Shown here piece by piece: positions 1 through 8,274 of a stretch of DNA of 15,928 nt. Position numbers and translations under genes: made by a program. How positions within the stretch are numbered: the stretch's first letter is position 1; every line of letters begins with the position of its first letter. Below the pieces are notes generated by a model. That model was given only the letters and a program-made list of their open reading frames with translations. It made no database searches and was not told where the DNA came from. Where the stretch lies: positions 1-15,928 of the IMG/VR virus record IMGVR_UViG_3300045988_076720; one strand, 5' to 3'. Source of the stretch: a virus (Duplodnaviria > Heunggongvirae > Uroviricota > Caudoviricetes).

Positions 1-12
1 TCAGAGGTAGTC

Positions 13-522
13 ATGATGACGCTGATTATTCCGCGAAAGGAGGCTCCCGTGTCCGGTGAGGGTACGGTGGTCATCCCGCAACCGGCAGGCGACGAGCCGG
101 TGATTAAAAACACGTTCTTTTTTCCAGATATCGACCCGAAGCGCGTCCGGGAACGTATGCGCCTTGAGCAGACCGTCGCCCCCGCCCGTCTGCGTGAGGC
201 CATCAAGTCAGGCATGGCGGAAACAAATGCGGAGCTGTACGAGTACCGCGAACAGAAAATTGCTGCCGGTTTTACGCGTCTGGCGGACGTCCCGGCGGAC
301 GACATCGACGGTGAAAGCATCAAAGTTTTTTACTACGAGCGCGCCGTGTGTGCGATGGCGACCGCATCGCTTTATGAGCGTTATCGCGGCGTGGATGCCA
401 GTGCGAAAGGCGACAAGAAGGCCGACAGCATTGACAGCACCATTGATGAGCTGTGGCGGGATATGCGCTGGGCGGTGGCGCGCATCCAGGACAAGCCGCG
501 CTGCATCGTGAGTCAAATCTGA
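13..522 (+). CDS. L: capsid (head) completion protein
   Basis: 169-aa ORF (MMTLIIPRKEAPVSGEG...) recognised as P2 gpL; first gene of the block; stop overlaps the start of X (TGATG). Confidence 0.88.
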   Translation: MMTLIIPRKEAPVSGEGTVVIPQPAGDEPVIKNTFFFPDIDPKRVRERMRLEQTVAPARLREAIKSGMAETNAELYEYREQKIAAGFTRLADVPADDIDGESIKVFYYERAVCAMATASLYERYRGVDASAKGDKKADSIDSTIDELWRDMRWAVARIQDKPRCIVSQI

Positions 523-725
523 TGAAGACCTTTGCGCTACAGGGCGACACGCTCGACGCCATCTGTGTCCGGTATTACGGGCGCACTGAGGGCGTGGTTG
601 AGACCGTGCTCGCCGCAAATCCGGGACTGGCTGAACTGGGTGCGGTGCTGCTGCATGGCACCGCCGTCGAACTGCCCGACGTTCAGACCGCGCCCGTGGC
701 TGAAACTGTCAATCTGTGGGAGTAA
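522..725 (+). CDS. X: tail protein X
   Basis: 67-aa ORF MKTFALQGDTLDAICVRYYGRTEGVVETVLAANPGL... matching P2 gpX; in-frame ATG at 522 overlapping the L stop; ORF track shows the same frame extending from 453. Confidence 0.85.
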   Translation: MKTFALQGDTLDAICVRYYGRTEGVVETVLAANPGLAELGAVLLHGTAVELPDVQTAPVAETVNLWE

Positions 726-728
726 CGC

Positions 729-1010
729 ATGACAGCAGAAGAAAAAAGCGTCCTGTCGCTTTTCATGATTGGGGTGCTGATTGTTGTCGGCAAGGTGCTT
801 GCCGGTGGTGAACCCATCACCCCGCGTCTGTTTATCGGGCGCATGTTGCTCGGTGGTTTTGTCTCGATGGTTGCCGGTGTTGTTCTGGTGCAGTTTCCTG
901 ACCTGTCACTGCCTGCGGTGTGCGGCATCGGCTCCATGCTGGGTATCGCCGGTTATCAGGTGATTGAGATTGCCATTCAGCGCCGCTTTAAGGGCAGGGG
1001 GAAACCGTAA
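729..1010 (+). CDS. Y: holin
   Basis: 93-aa ORF, strongly hydrophobic with charged C-terminus (RRFKGRGKP); position and size match P2 holin Y. Confidence 0.88.
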   Translation: MTAEEKSVLSLFMIGVLIVVGKVLAGGEPITPRLFIGRMLLGGFVSMVAGVVLVQFPDLSLPAVCGIGSMLGIAGYQVIEIAIQRRFKGRGKP

Positions 1011-1501
1011 TGCCGGTAATTAACACGCATCAGAATATCGCCGCCTTTCTCGACATGCTGGCCGTGTCCGAAGGGACGGCGAATCATCCGCTGACGAAAA
1101 ACCGTGGCTATGACGTGATAGTCACCGGACTGGACGGGAAGCCGGAAATTTTCACCGACTACAGTGACCACCCGTTCGCGCATGGCCGACCGGCGAAGGT
1201 GTTTAACCGTCGCGGTGAAAAATCCACGGCCTCCGGTCGCTATCAGCAGCTTTACCTGTTCTGGCCGCATTACCGCAAACAGCTTGCCCTGCCGGATTTC
1301 AGTCCGTTGTCACAGGACAGGCTCGCCATTCAGTTGATCCGCGAACGCGGTGCACTGGATGACATCCGGGCGGGACGCATTGAGCGCGCCATTTCACGCT
1401 GTCGCAATATCTGGGCGTCCCTGCCGGGTTACGGTCAGCGTGAGCATCCACTGGAAAAACTGGTCACCGTCTGGCGTACCGCCGGCGGCGTACCGGCTTA
1501 A
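1010..1501 (+). CDS. K: endolysin (phage lysozyme-type muramidase)
   Basis: 163-aa ORF MPVINTHQNIAAFLDMLAVSEGT... matching P2 gpK; start overlaps holin stop (TAATG). Confidence 0.9.
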   Translation: MPVINTHQNIAAFLDMLAVSEGTANHPLTKNRGYDVIVTGLDGKPEIFTDYSDHPFAHGRPAKVFNRRGEKSTASGRYQQLYLFWPHYRKQLALPDFSPLSQDRLAIQLIRERGALDDIRAGRIERAISRCRNIWASLPGYGQREHPLEKLVTVWRTAGGVPA

Positions 1502-1515
1502 ACGGAGTAAACACC

Positions 1516-1941
1516 ATGAAGAAATTATCCCTTTCACTGATGCTGAATGTGTCGCTGGCGCTGATGCTGGCACTGTCCATGATTTACCCGCAGAGCGTGG
1601 CCGTCAATTTTGTCGCCGCCTGGGCGATTCTGGCGACGGTTATCTGTGTGGTTGCCGGTGGTGTCGGCGTGTATGCCACTGAGTATGTGCTGGAACGCTA
1701 CGGGCGGGAGCTGTCGCCGGAATCGCTGGCCGTGAAGATTGTCACGTCGCTGTTTTTACAGCCGGTGCCGTGGCGCAGGCGGGCAGCGGCTCTGGTGGTG
1801 ATGGTGGCGACGTTTATCTCGCTGGTCGCTGCCGGGTGGATTTTTACCGCGCTGATTTATCTTGTGGCGTCGCTGTTTTTCCGGCTGATACGTAAAGCCT
1901 GTCGTCAGCGTCTTGAGGGGCGGGAACCATGTCAAAGCTGA
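1516..1941 (+). CDS. lysA: lysis timing/accessory membrane protein LysA
   Basis: 141-aa ORF with several hydrophobic segments, directly after the endolysin, as in P2 lysA. Confidence 0.85.
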   Translation: MKKLSLSLMLNVSLALMLALSMIYPQSVAVNFVAAWAILATVICVVAGGVGVYATEYVLERYGRELSPESLAVKIVTSLFLQPVPWRRRAAALVVMVATFISLVAAGWIFTALIYLVASLFFRLIRKACRQRLEGREPCQS

Positions 1942-2354
1942 TGATTGTGCTGGTCGTGTTGCTATCGCTGGCGGTGGCCGGTCTGTTTCTGGCGAAGCAT
2001 GAAAACGCCAGGCTGCGCGTCTCGCTGGACAGGGCGAACAATGTCGCCAGCGGGCAGCAGACAACCATCACCATGCTGAAAAATCAGCTTCATGTTGCCC
2101 TCACCAGGGCAGACAAAAACGAGCTGGCGCAGGTGGCACTGCGTCAGGAACTGGAGAACGCCGCGAAGCGTGAAGCACAGCGCGAGAAAACCATCACGAG
2201 GTTACTGAATGAAAACGAAGATTTTCGCCGCTGGTACGGCGCTGGCCTGCCTGATGCTGTGCGCCGGTTGCACCAGCGTCCGGCCTGCACCGACGCCAGT
2301 GATTGTCCCCAACGTCTGCCCGAAAGTGAGCCTTTGCCCGATGCCGGGCAGTGA
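1929..2354 (+). CDS. lysB: i-spanin (Rz-like) LysB
   Basis: 141-aa ORF with N-terminal transmembrane anchor (MSKLMIVLVVLLSLAVAGLFLA) and charged coiled-coil-like periplasmic part; overlaps the lysA 3' end. Confidence 0.88.
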   Translation: MSKLMIVLVVLLSLAVAGLFLAKHENARLRVSLDRANNVASGQQTTITMLKNQLHVALTRADKNELAQVALRQELENAAKREAQREKTITRLLNENEDFRRWYGAGLPDAVRRLHQRPACTDASDCPQRLPESEPLPDAGQ

Positions 2355-2499
2355 CCCGGAGACGAACGGCGATTTAAGTGCCGATATCCGGCAGCTTGAG
2401 AACGCGCTGGCACGCTGTGCCAGCCAGGTAAAAATGATTAAACACTGTCAGGACGAAAACGATGCTCAAACCCGACAGCCTGCGCAGGGCGCTGACTGA
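2209..2499 (+). CDS. lysC: o-spanin (Rz1-like outer-membrane lipoprotein) LysC
   Basis: 96-aa ORF in the +1 frame starting inside lysB and running past it into R; signal peptide with lipobox (LMLCAGC) and Pro-rich mature region. Confidence 0.85.
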   Translation: MKTKIFAAGTALACLMLCAGCTSVRPAPTPVIVPNVCPKVSLCPMPGSDPETNGDLSADIRQLENALARCASQVKMIKHCQDENDAQTRQPAQGAD

Positions 2500-2929
2500 T
2501 GCCGTCACGGTGCTGAAAACTAACCCCGATATGCTGCGGATATTCGTGGATAACGGGAGTATTGCCTCCACACTGGCGACGTCGCTGTCATTTGAAAAGC
2601 GTTACACGCTCAATGTCATTGTGACCGACTTTACCGGTGATTTTGACCTGCTCATCGTGCCGGTGCTGGCGTGGCTGCGGGAAAATCAGCCCGACATCAT
2701 GACCACCGACGAAGGCCAGAAAAAGGGCTTCACGTTTTATGCGGACATCAACAATGACAGCAGCTTTGATATCAGCATCAGCCTGATGCTGACCGAGCGC
2801 ACGCTGGTCAGTGAGGTGGACGGCGCACTGCATGTGAAGAATATCCCGGAACCTCCGCCGCCGGAGCCGGTCACCCGCCCGGTGGAGCTTTATATCAATG
2901 GCGAACTGGTGAGCAAGTGGGATGAATGA
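2462..2929 (+). CDS. R: tail completion protein R
   Basis: 155-aa ORF MLKPDSLRRALTDAVTVLKTNPDMLRIFVDNG... matching P2 gpR by sequence and position. Confidence 0.88.
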   Translation: MLKPDSLRRALTDAVTVLKTNPDMLRIFVDNGSIASTLATSLSFEKRYTLNVIVTDFTGDFDLLIVPVLAWLRENQPDIMTTDEGQKKGFTFYADINNDSSFDISISLMLTERTLVSEVDGALHVKNIPEPPPPEPVTRPVELYINGELVSKWDE

Positions 2930-3374
2930 GTTTAAGCGTTTTGAAGACCGGCTGACCGGACTTATTGAATCGCTGTCACCGTCAGGGCGTCGGCGACTGA
3001 GCGCCGAACTGGCGAAACGTCTGCGGCAGAGTCAGCAGCGCCGGGTGATGGCACAGAAAGCCCCGGACGGCACACCCTACGCACCACGCCAGCAGCAGAG
3101 CGCCAGAAAAAAGACCGGTCGCGTTAAGCGAAAAATGTTTGCGAAACTTATCACCAGTCGTTTTTTGCATATCCGCGCCAGCCCGGAACAGGCATCAATG
3201 GAGTTTTACGGCGGAAAGTCACCGAAAATTGCGAGCGTGCATCAGTTCGGTCTGTCGGAAGAAAACCGAAAAGACGGTAAGAAAATTGATTATCCGGCGC
3301 GTCCCCTGCTCGGCTTTACCGGTGAGGATGTGCAGATGATTGAAGAGATTATTCTGGCGCACCTCGACCGTTAG
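2922..3374 (+). CDS. S: tail completion / virion morphogenesis protein S
   Basis: 150-aa ORF MNEFKRFEDRLTGLIESLSPSGRRRLS... matching P2 gpS; overlaps the R stop by 8 nt. Confidence 0.88.
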   Translation: MNEFKRFEDRLTGLIESLSPSGRRRLSAELAKRLRQSQQRRVMAQKAPDGTPYAPRQQQSARKKTGRVKRKMFAKLITSRFLHIRASPEQASMEFYGGKSPKIASVHQFGLSEENRKDGKKIDYPARPLLGFTGEDVQMIEEIILAHLDR

Positions 3375-3440
3375 TTGTGCCATTCCCGACACCTCATCGT
3401 CACATTGCCGCCGGTATGACACGGCGGCATCCTTCCCGTT

Positions 3441-4076
3441 ATGAACACTCTCGCAAATATTCAGGAACTCGCGCGCGCACTGCGCAACATGATCCGCACC
3501 GGCATTATCGTCGAAACCGACCTTAACGCCGGTCGCTGCCGTGTGCAGACTGGCGGCATGTGCACCGACTGGCTTCAGTGGCTGACCCATCGTGCCGGGC
3601 GTTCGCGCACATGGTGGGCACCTTCCGTGGGGGAACAGGTGCTGATTCTGGCCGTGGGCGGTGAACTCGACACGGCGTTCGTTCTGCCGGGGATTTATTC
3701 CGGCGATAACCCTGCGCCGTCTGCGTCGGCGGATGCACTGCATATCCGTTTCCCTGACGGGGCGGTGATTGAGTATGAACCCGAAACCAGTGCGCTTACG
3801 GTAAGCGGAATTAAAACGGCCAGCGTGACGGCTTCTGATTCTGTTACCGCCACGGTGCCGGTGGTCATGGTGAAAGCATCAACCCGCATCACTCTGGACA
3901 CGCCGGAGGTGGTCTGCACAAACAAGCTGATCACCGGCACGCTGGAAGTGCAGAAGGGCGGGACGATGCGCGGCAACATTGAACACACCGGCGGTGAACT
4001 CTCATCAAACGGTAAGGTACTGCATACCCATAAACACCCCGGTGACAGTGGCGGCACAACAGGGGGACCTCTATGA
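3441..4076 (+). CDS. V: baseplate spike / assembly protein V
   Basis: 211-aa ORF MNTLANIQELARALRNMIRTGIIVETDLNAGRCRVQTGG... matching P2 gpV; follows a 66-bp intergenic gap (expected late promoter position). Confidence 0.9.
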   Translation: MNTLANIQELARALRNMIRTGIIVETDLNAGRCRVQTGGMCTDWLQWLTHRAGRSRTWWAPSVGEQVLILAVGGELDTAFVLPGIYSGDNPAPSASADALHIRFPDGAVIEYEPETSALTVSGIKTASVTASDSVTATVPVVMVKASTRITLDTPEVVCTNKLITGTLEVQKGGTMRGNIEHTGGELSSNGKVLHTHKHPGDSGGTTGGPL

Positions 4077-4420
4077 CTGCGCGTTATCTCGGAATGAATC
4101 GCAGTGATGGCCTGACTGTCACTGACCTTGAGCATATCAGCCAGAGTATCGGCGATATCCTGCGCACACCGGTCGGCTCACGGGTGATGCGTCGTGATTA
4201 CGGCTCGTTGCTGGCGTCAATGATTGACCAGCCGCAGACCCCGGCGCTTGAGTTGCAGATTAAGGTCGCCTGTTACATGTCCGTGCTGAAATGGGAACCC
4301 CGCGTCACCCTGTCATCCGTCACCACTGAGCGCAGTTTTGACGGGCGAATGACGGTCACGTTAACCGGTCAGCACAACGACACCGGCCAGCCACTTTCGT
4401 TAACCATCCCTGTGAGTTGA
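4073..4420 (+). CDS. W: baseplate wedge protein W
   Basis: 115-aa ORF matching P2 gpW; ATGA overlap with the V stop. Confidence 0.9.
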   Translation: MTARYLGMNRSDGLTVTDLEHISQSIGDILRTPVGSRVMRRDYGSLLASMIDQPQTPALELQIKVACYMSVLKWEPRVTLSSVTTERSFDGRMTVTLTGQHNDTGQPLSLTIPVS

Positions 4421-4424
4421 AACC

Positions 4425-5333
4425 ATGCCGATTATCGACCTGAACCAGCTACCTGCACCGGATGTGGTCGAGGAGCTGGACTTTGAAACCATTCTCGCTG
4501 AACGCAAGGCGACACTGATTTCCCTTTACCCGGAAGACCAGCAGGAGGCGGTTGCCCGTACCCTGACGCTGGAATCCGAGCCTCTCGTCAAACTGCTGGA
4601 GGAAAATGCTTATCGTGAGCTTATCTGGCGTCAGCGTGTGAATGAGGCCGCACGGGCGGTAATGCTGGCCTGTGCCGCCGGTAATGACCTTGATGTGATT
4701 GGTGCCAATTACAACACCACGCGCCTGACTATCACCCCGGCAGATGATTCGGCCATCCCGCCGACACCGGCAGTGATGGAATCTGATACTGATTATCGTC
4801 TGCGTATTCAGCAGGCGTTTGAAGGTTTAAGCGTTGCCGGGTCGGTGGGTGCTTATCAGTATCATGGTCGCAGTGCCGACGGGCGTGTCGCGGATATCTC
4901 TGTCACCAGTCCGTCTCCTGCCTGCGTCACCATCTCTGTGCTGTCCCGTGAAAATAACGGCGTCGCATCCGAAGACCTGCTGGCCGTGGTGCGTAACGCC
5001 CTTAATGGCGAGGACGTCAGGCCGGTGGCCGACCGCGTGACCGTGCAGTCTGCCGCCATCGTTGAATACCAGATAAACGCCACGCTTTACCTTTACCCTG
5101 GTCCCGAAAGCGAACCCATCCGCGCTGCTGCCGTGAAAAAACTGGAAGCGTACATCACGGCACAGCACCGGCTGGGGCGCGACATCCGTCTGTCTGCCAT
5201 TTATGCCGCTTTGCATGTGGAAGGCGTGCAGCGTGTCGAGCTGGCCGCACCACTGGCCGACATCGTGCTCAACAATACGCAGGCGTCTTTCTGTACTGAA
5301 TACAGCGTCGTGACGGGAGGCTCGGATGAGTGA
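4425..5333 (+). CDS. J: baseplate assembly protein J
   Basis: 302-aa ORF MPIIDLNQLPAPDVVEELDFETILAERKATLISLYPEDQQ... matching P2 gpJ. Confidence 0.9.
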   Translation: MPIIDLNQLPAPDVVEELDFETILAERKATLISLYPEDQQEAVARTLTLESEPLVKLLEENAYRELIWRQRVNEAARAVMLACAAGNDLDVIGANYNTTRLTITPADDSAIPPTPAVMESDTDYRLRIQQAFEGLSVAGSVGAYQYHGRSADGRVADISVTSPSPACVTISVLSRENNGVASEDLLAVVRNALNGEDVRPVADRVTVQSAAIVEYQINATLYLYPGPESEPIRAAAVKKLEAYITAQHRLGRDIRLSAIYAALHVEGVQRVELAAPLADIVLNNTQASFCTEYSVVTGGSDE

Positions 5334-5937
5334 TTCGCGACTGCTGCCAACCGGCTCATCACCGCTTGAAGTTGCCGCCGCAAAAGCCTGTGCGGAAATT
5401 GAAAAAACACCGGTCAGTATTCGTGAGCTGTGGAACCCGGACACCTGCCCGGCAAATCTGCTGCCGTGGCTGGCGTGGTCATTTTCGGTTGACCGCTGGG
5501 ATGATAAGTGGCCGGAAGCGACAAAACGCGCTGTTATCCGCGATGCGTATTTCATTCACTGCCATAAGGGCACTATAGGCGCAATCCGGCGTGTGGTGGA
5601 GCCGCTCGGCTATCTGATTGAGGTGAGGGAGTGGTGGCAACTCAACGAGGAGCCGGGGACGTTCCGCATCGTTGTTGGCGTGCTTGAGCAGGGTATTACC
5701 GAGGAAATGTATCAGGAGCTGGAGCGCCTCGTTGCTGATGCAAAACCGGCAAGCCGCCATCTGACGGGACTGGCTATCAGTTTAAGTACAACCGGCAACA
5801 TTTTTGCCGGTGCGGGATGCTATCACGGTGACGCCCTGACGGTTTATCCCTACACCCCGGAGGCCATTATTGTCGGAGGGGATTATTTCCCGGCCTCGGC
5901 CATTCATTTAATTGATAACCTGAGAGTAAACGCATGA
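5326..5937 (+). CDS. I: baseplate / tail protein I
   Basis: 203-aa ORF MSDSRLLPTGSSPLEVAAAKACAEIEK... matching P2 gpI; overlaps J and H ends. Confidence 0.88.
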   Translation: MSDSRLLPTGSSPLEVAAAKACAEIEKTPVSIRELWNPDTCPANLLPWLAWSFSVDRWDDKWPEATKRAVIRDAYFIHCHKGTIGAIRRVVEPLGYLIEVREWWQLNEEPGTFRIVVGVLEQGITEEMYQELERLVADAKPASRHLTGLAISLSTTGNIFAGAGCYHGDALTVYPYTPEAIIVGGDYFPASAIHLIDNLRVNA

Positions 5938-7256
5938 CAGTGAAATACTACGCCATTCTGACTAATCAGGGCGCAGCACGGCTGGCTAACGCGACGATGC
6001 TCGGCAGTAAGCTGAATCTGACGCAAATGGCCGTTGGTGATGCGAATGGTGTCTTGCCGACACCAGACCCGGCACAGACAAAACTGATTAACCAGAAACG
6101 CATCGCGCCGCTGAATCTTCTGAGTGTTGACCCGAACAACCAGAGCCAGATTATTGCGGAGCAAATCATCCCTGAGAACGAGGGCGGATTCTGGATCCGT
6201 GAGATTGGGCTTTATGATGATGAAGGCGTACTCATTGCGGTGGCGAACTGCCCGGAAACGTACAAACCGCAGTTGCAGGAAGGCAGTGGTCGTACCCAGA
6301 CTATCCGCATGATTCTGGTTGTCACGAATACCGAAGCTATTACGCTGAAAATCGACCCGTCGGTGGTACTGGCGACCCGTAAATATGTGGATGATGAAGT
6401 CCTGGAATTAAGGCTGTATGTGGATGACCAGATGAGCAAACACATTGCAGCACAGGACCCTCATACCCAGTATGCACAGAAACATAATCCGACATTTACC
6501 GGAGAACCAAAAGCGCCGACGCCTGCCGCAGGAAATAACACCACGCGGATTGCGACCACTGCGTTTGTACAGGCCGCTATTACCGCTCTGATTAACGGTG
6601 CGCCTGACACGCTGGACACACTGAAAGAAATTGCCGCGGCCATTAACAATGACCCGAAATTCAGCACCACCATTAACAATGCGCTGGCAGGTAAACAACC
6701 GCTGGACAATACGCTGACTCATTTGAGTGGAAAGGATGTTGCCGGTCTTCTCGCATACCTTGGTTTGGGAGAAGGCTCAGCGTTACCCGTTGGTGTGCCT
6801 GTTCCGTGGCCTTCAGCCACACCACCAACAGGCTGGCTGAAATGCAACGGTGCACCTTTTTCTGCCGAAGAGTACCCCAAACTGGCAAAGGCTTACCCAA
6901 AGTTAAAATTACCGGATTTGCGCGGTGAGTTTATTCGCGGGTGGGATGATGGGCGAGGTGTTGATTCCGCGAGACTGCTACTTTCAAGTCAGGCGGCATC
7001 TATCCTTGAACATAACCATGAAATGCATGGATGGACAGGGAACCCACTCATGGCTAGAGATGTTTATTCATCCGGTTCATCCGTATTTGCGGTGCAGTTG
7101 AGCATTGGCGATGGCGGGTTATTGTATTCGTGGAAGGATGGGAGTGGAACAACAAATGACAGTAAACGAATGGATAGAACAAATCATGTCAGTTCCGGCG
7201 CCGGTGATGGTAGCCCGCGAAACATTGCATTTAACTACATTGTGAGGGCTGCATAA
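5934..7256 (+). CDS. H: tail fiber protein H: constant N-terminal ~276 codons (5934-6761) fused to the currently expressed variable receptor-binding cassette (6762-7256)
   Basis: 440-aa ORF after gpI; C-terminal part has a tail-collar-type motif (PVGVPVPWPS...GWLKCNGA...LPDLRGEFIRGWDDGRGVD); constant/variable junction ...LLAYLGLGE lies on the 26-bp crossover site at 6748-6773. Confidence 0.88.
   Translation: MTVKYYAILTNQGAARLANATMLGSKLNLTQMAVGDANGVLPTPDPAQTKLINQKRIAPLNLLSVDPNNQSQIIAEQIIPENEGGFWIREIGLYDDEGVLIAVANCPETYKPQLQEGSGRTQTIRMILVVTNTEAITLKIDPSVVLATRKYVDDEVLELRLYVDDQMSKHIAAQDPHTQYAQKHNPTFTGEPKAPTPAAGNNTTRIATTAFVQAAITALINGAPDTLDTLKEIAAAINNDPKFSTTINNALAGKQPLDNTLTHLSGKDVAGLLAYLGLGEGSALPVGVPVPWPSATPPTGWLKCNGAPFSAEEYPKLAKAYPKLKLPDLRGEFIRGWDDGRGVDSARLLLSSQAASILEHNHEMHGWTGNPLMARDVYSSGSSVFAVQLSIGDGGLLYSWKDGSGTTNDSKRMDRTNHVSSGAGDGSPRNIAFNYIVRAA
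6748..6773. repeat. hix/gix-like 26-bp inversion crossover site, left (inside H coding sequence)
   Basis: TTCTCGCATACC-TT-GGTTTGGGAGAA: two imperfect 12-bp half-sites around a 2-bp core, resembling Hin/Gin sites as I recall them; 15 bp (TTGGTTTGGGAGAAG) are identical in inverted orientation to 8592-8606. Confidence 0.7.
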
Positions 7257-7859
7257 ATGGAACAGGCTATTTTGGGAAAAGACGGTTACGCTTTAAATGA
7301 TGGGGAAATCATCGTACATAACTATGATGGCGAAACGCGGGAATATATTTCTACATCAACTGAATATCTTGCGGTTGGCGTCGGTATCCCGGCATGTTCC
7401 TGTCTGGATGCACCAGGTACACATAAAGCTGGTTATGCAATCTGTCGCTCTGTAGATTTAAATTCATGGGAATATGTGCCAGACCATCGCGGTGAAGTTG
7501 TCTATAGTACCGAAACGGGAGATACCAAAGAAATCACAGTTCCGGGTGATTACCCTGAAAATACAACCACTATCGCCCCATTAACGCCATACGATGAATG
7601 GGATGGTGAGAAATGGGTGACGGATACCGAGGCACAGCATAGCGCCGCAGTAGGCGCGGCAGAAGCACAGCGTCAGTCACTGATTGATACTGCAATGGCT
7701 TCCATTAGTCTGATTCAACTGAAATTACAGGCCGGGCGGAAGCTGATGCAGACAGAAAACACCCGACTTAACGCTGTGCTGAATTACATTGACGCGGTGA
7801 CGGCAACAGATACCAGCACCGCGCCGGATGTCATCTGGCCTGAACTGCCGGAGGAGTAG
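7257..7859 (+). CDS. G: tail fiber assembly protein (chaperone), paired with the currently expressed fiber C-terminus
   Basis: 200-aa ORF immediately after the H stop (TAAATG); C-terminal motif ...DTSTAPDVIWPELPEE shared with the convergent alternative assembly gene. Confidence 0.85.
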   Translation: MEQAILGKDGYALNDGEIIVHNYDGETREYISTSTEYLAVGVGIPACSCLDAPGTHKAGYAICRSVDLNSWEYVPDHRGEVVYSTETGDTKEITVPGDYPENTTTIAPLTPYDEWDGEKWVTDTEAQHSAAVGAAEAQRQSLIDTAMASISLIQLKLQAGRKLMQTENTRLNAVLNYIDAVTATDTSTAPDVIWPELPEE

Positions 7860-8274
7860 GCCATTCAATATCTGGCGCACTGGAAGTATCGACCAGCTCC
7901 AGTGCGTCCAGATAATCCAGCCACAAATTATATTGCGCCAGTTCCTCACCTTTCAGACGACCAATAGCCGCTTTACCAACCCATTGTCTACTGTTCATAT
8001 AATCGTTGGCCTGATTAATCAATTGCTGCTTTTTAGTTTCGGCTGATGCAATTTGTTCTTCACGTGTTGGTGGAGGAATATCTGCCCATGCAGGCAGTCC
8101 ATCTTCTCCAACACATCTGTATTTTCCTTCTGGTGGTGTGTCATAGAAATATTCCCTGAAAATTACTTCGTCTATATCAACACCTTTTTCTTCAGGCCAT
8201 TCACCTTTTTCAACATAAAGAGACTGAAGTTCGTAAGGATATGCCAGGTTGTTTACGTACAGATATTTCATCAT
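7831..8274 (-). CDS. alternative tail fiber assembly protein (G'/U'-like), silent partner inside the invertible segment
   Basis: 147-aa - strand [32 protein letters not shown]... with C-terminus ...LVDTSSAPDIEWPTPPAVQAR homologous to the gpG C-terminus; start overlaps the stop of the upstream - strand fiber cassette (TAATG); 3' end overlaps G convergently by 29 bp. Confidence 0.82.
   Translation of the reverse strand: MMKYLYVNNLAYPYELQSLYVEKGEWPEEKGVDIDEVIFREYFYDTPPEGKYRCVGEDGLPAWADIPPPTREEQIASAETKKQQLINQANDYMNSRQWVGKAAIGRLKGEELAQYNLWLDYLDALELVDTSSAPDIEWPTPPAVQAR

Noticed and set aside
4827-5555. 242-aa - strand ORF antisense to J/I, and similar long antisense ORFs (3219-3743, 3695-4135, 13005-13694, 14512-15081, 14903-15409)
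   Set aside because: They lie entirely inside well-supported + strand phage genes, have Arg/Ser/Pro-rich low-complexity composition typical of antisense frames in GC-rich coding DNA, and have no recognisable homology or RBS.
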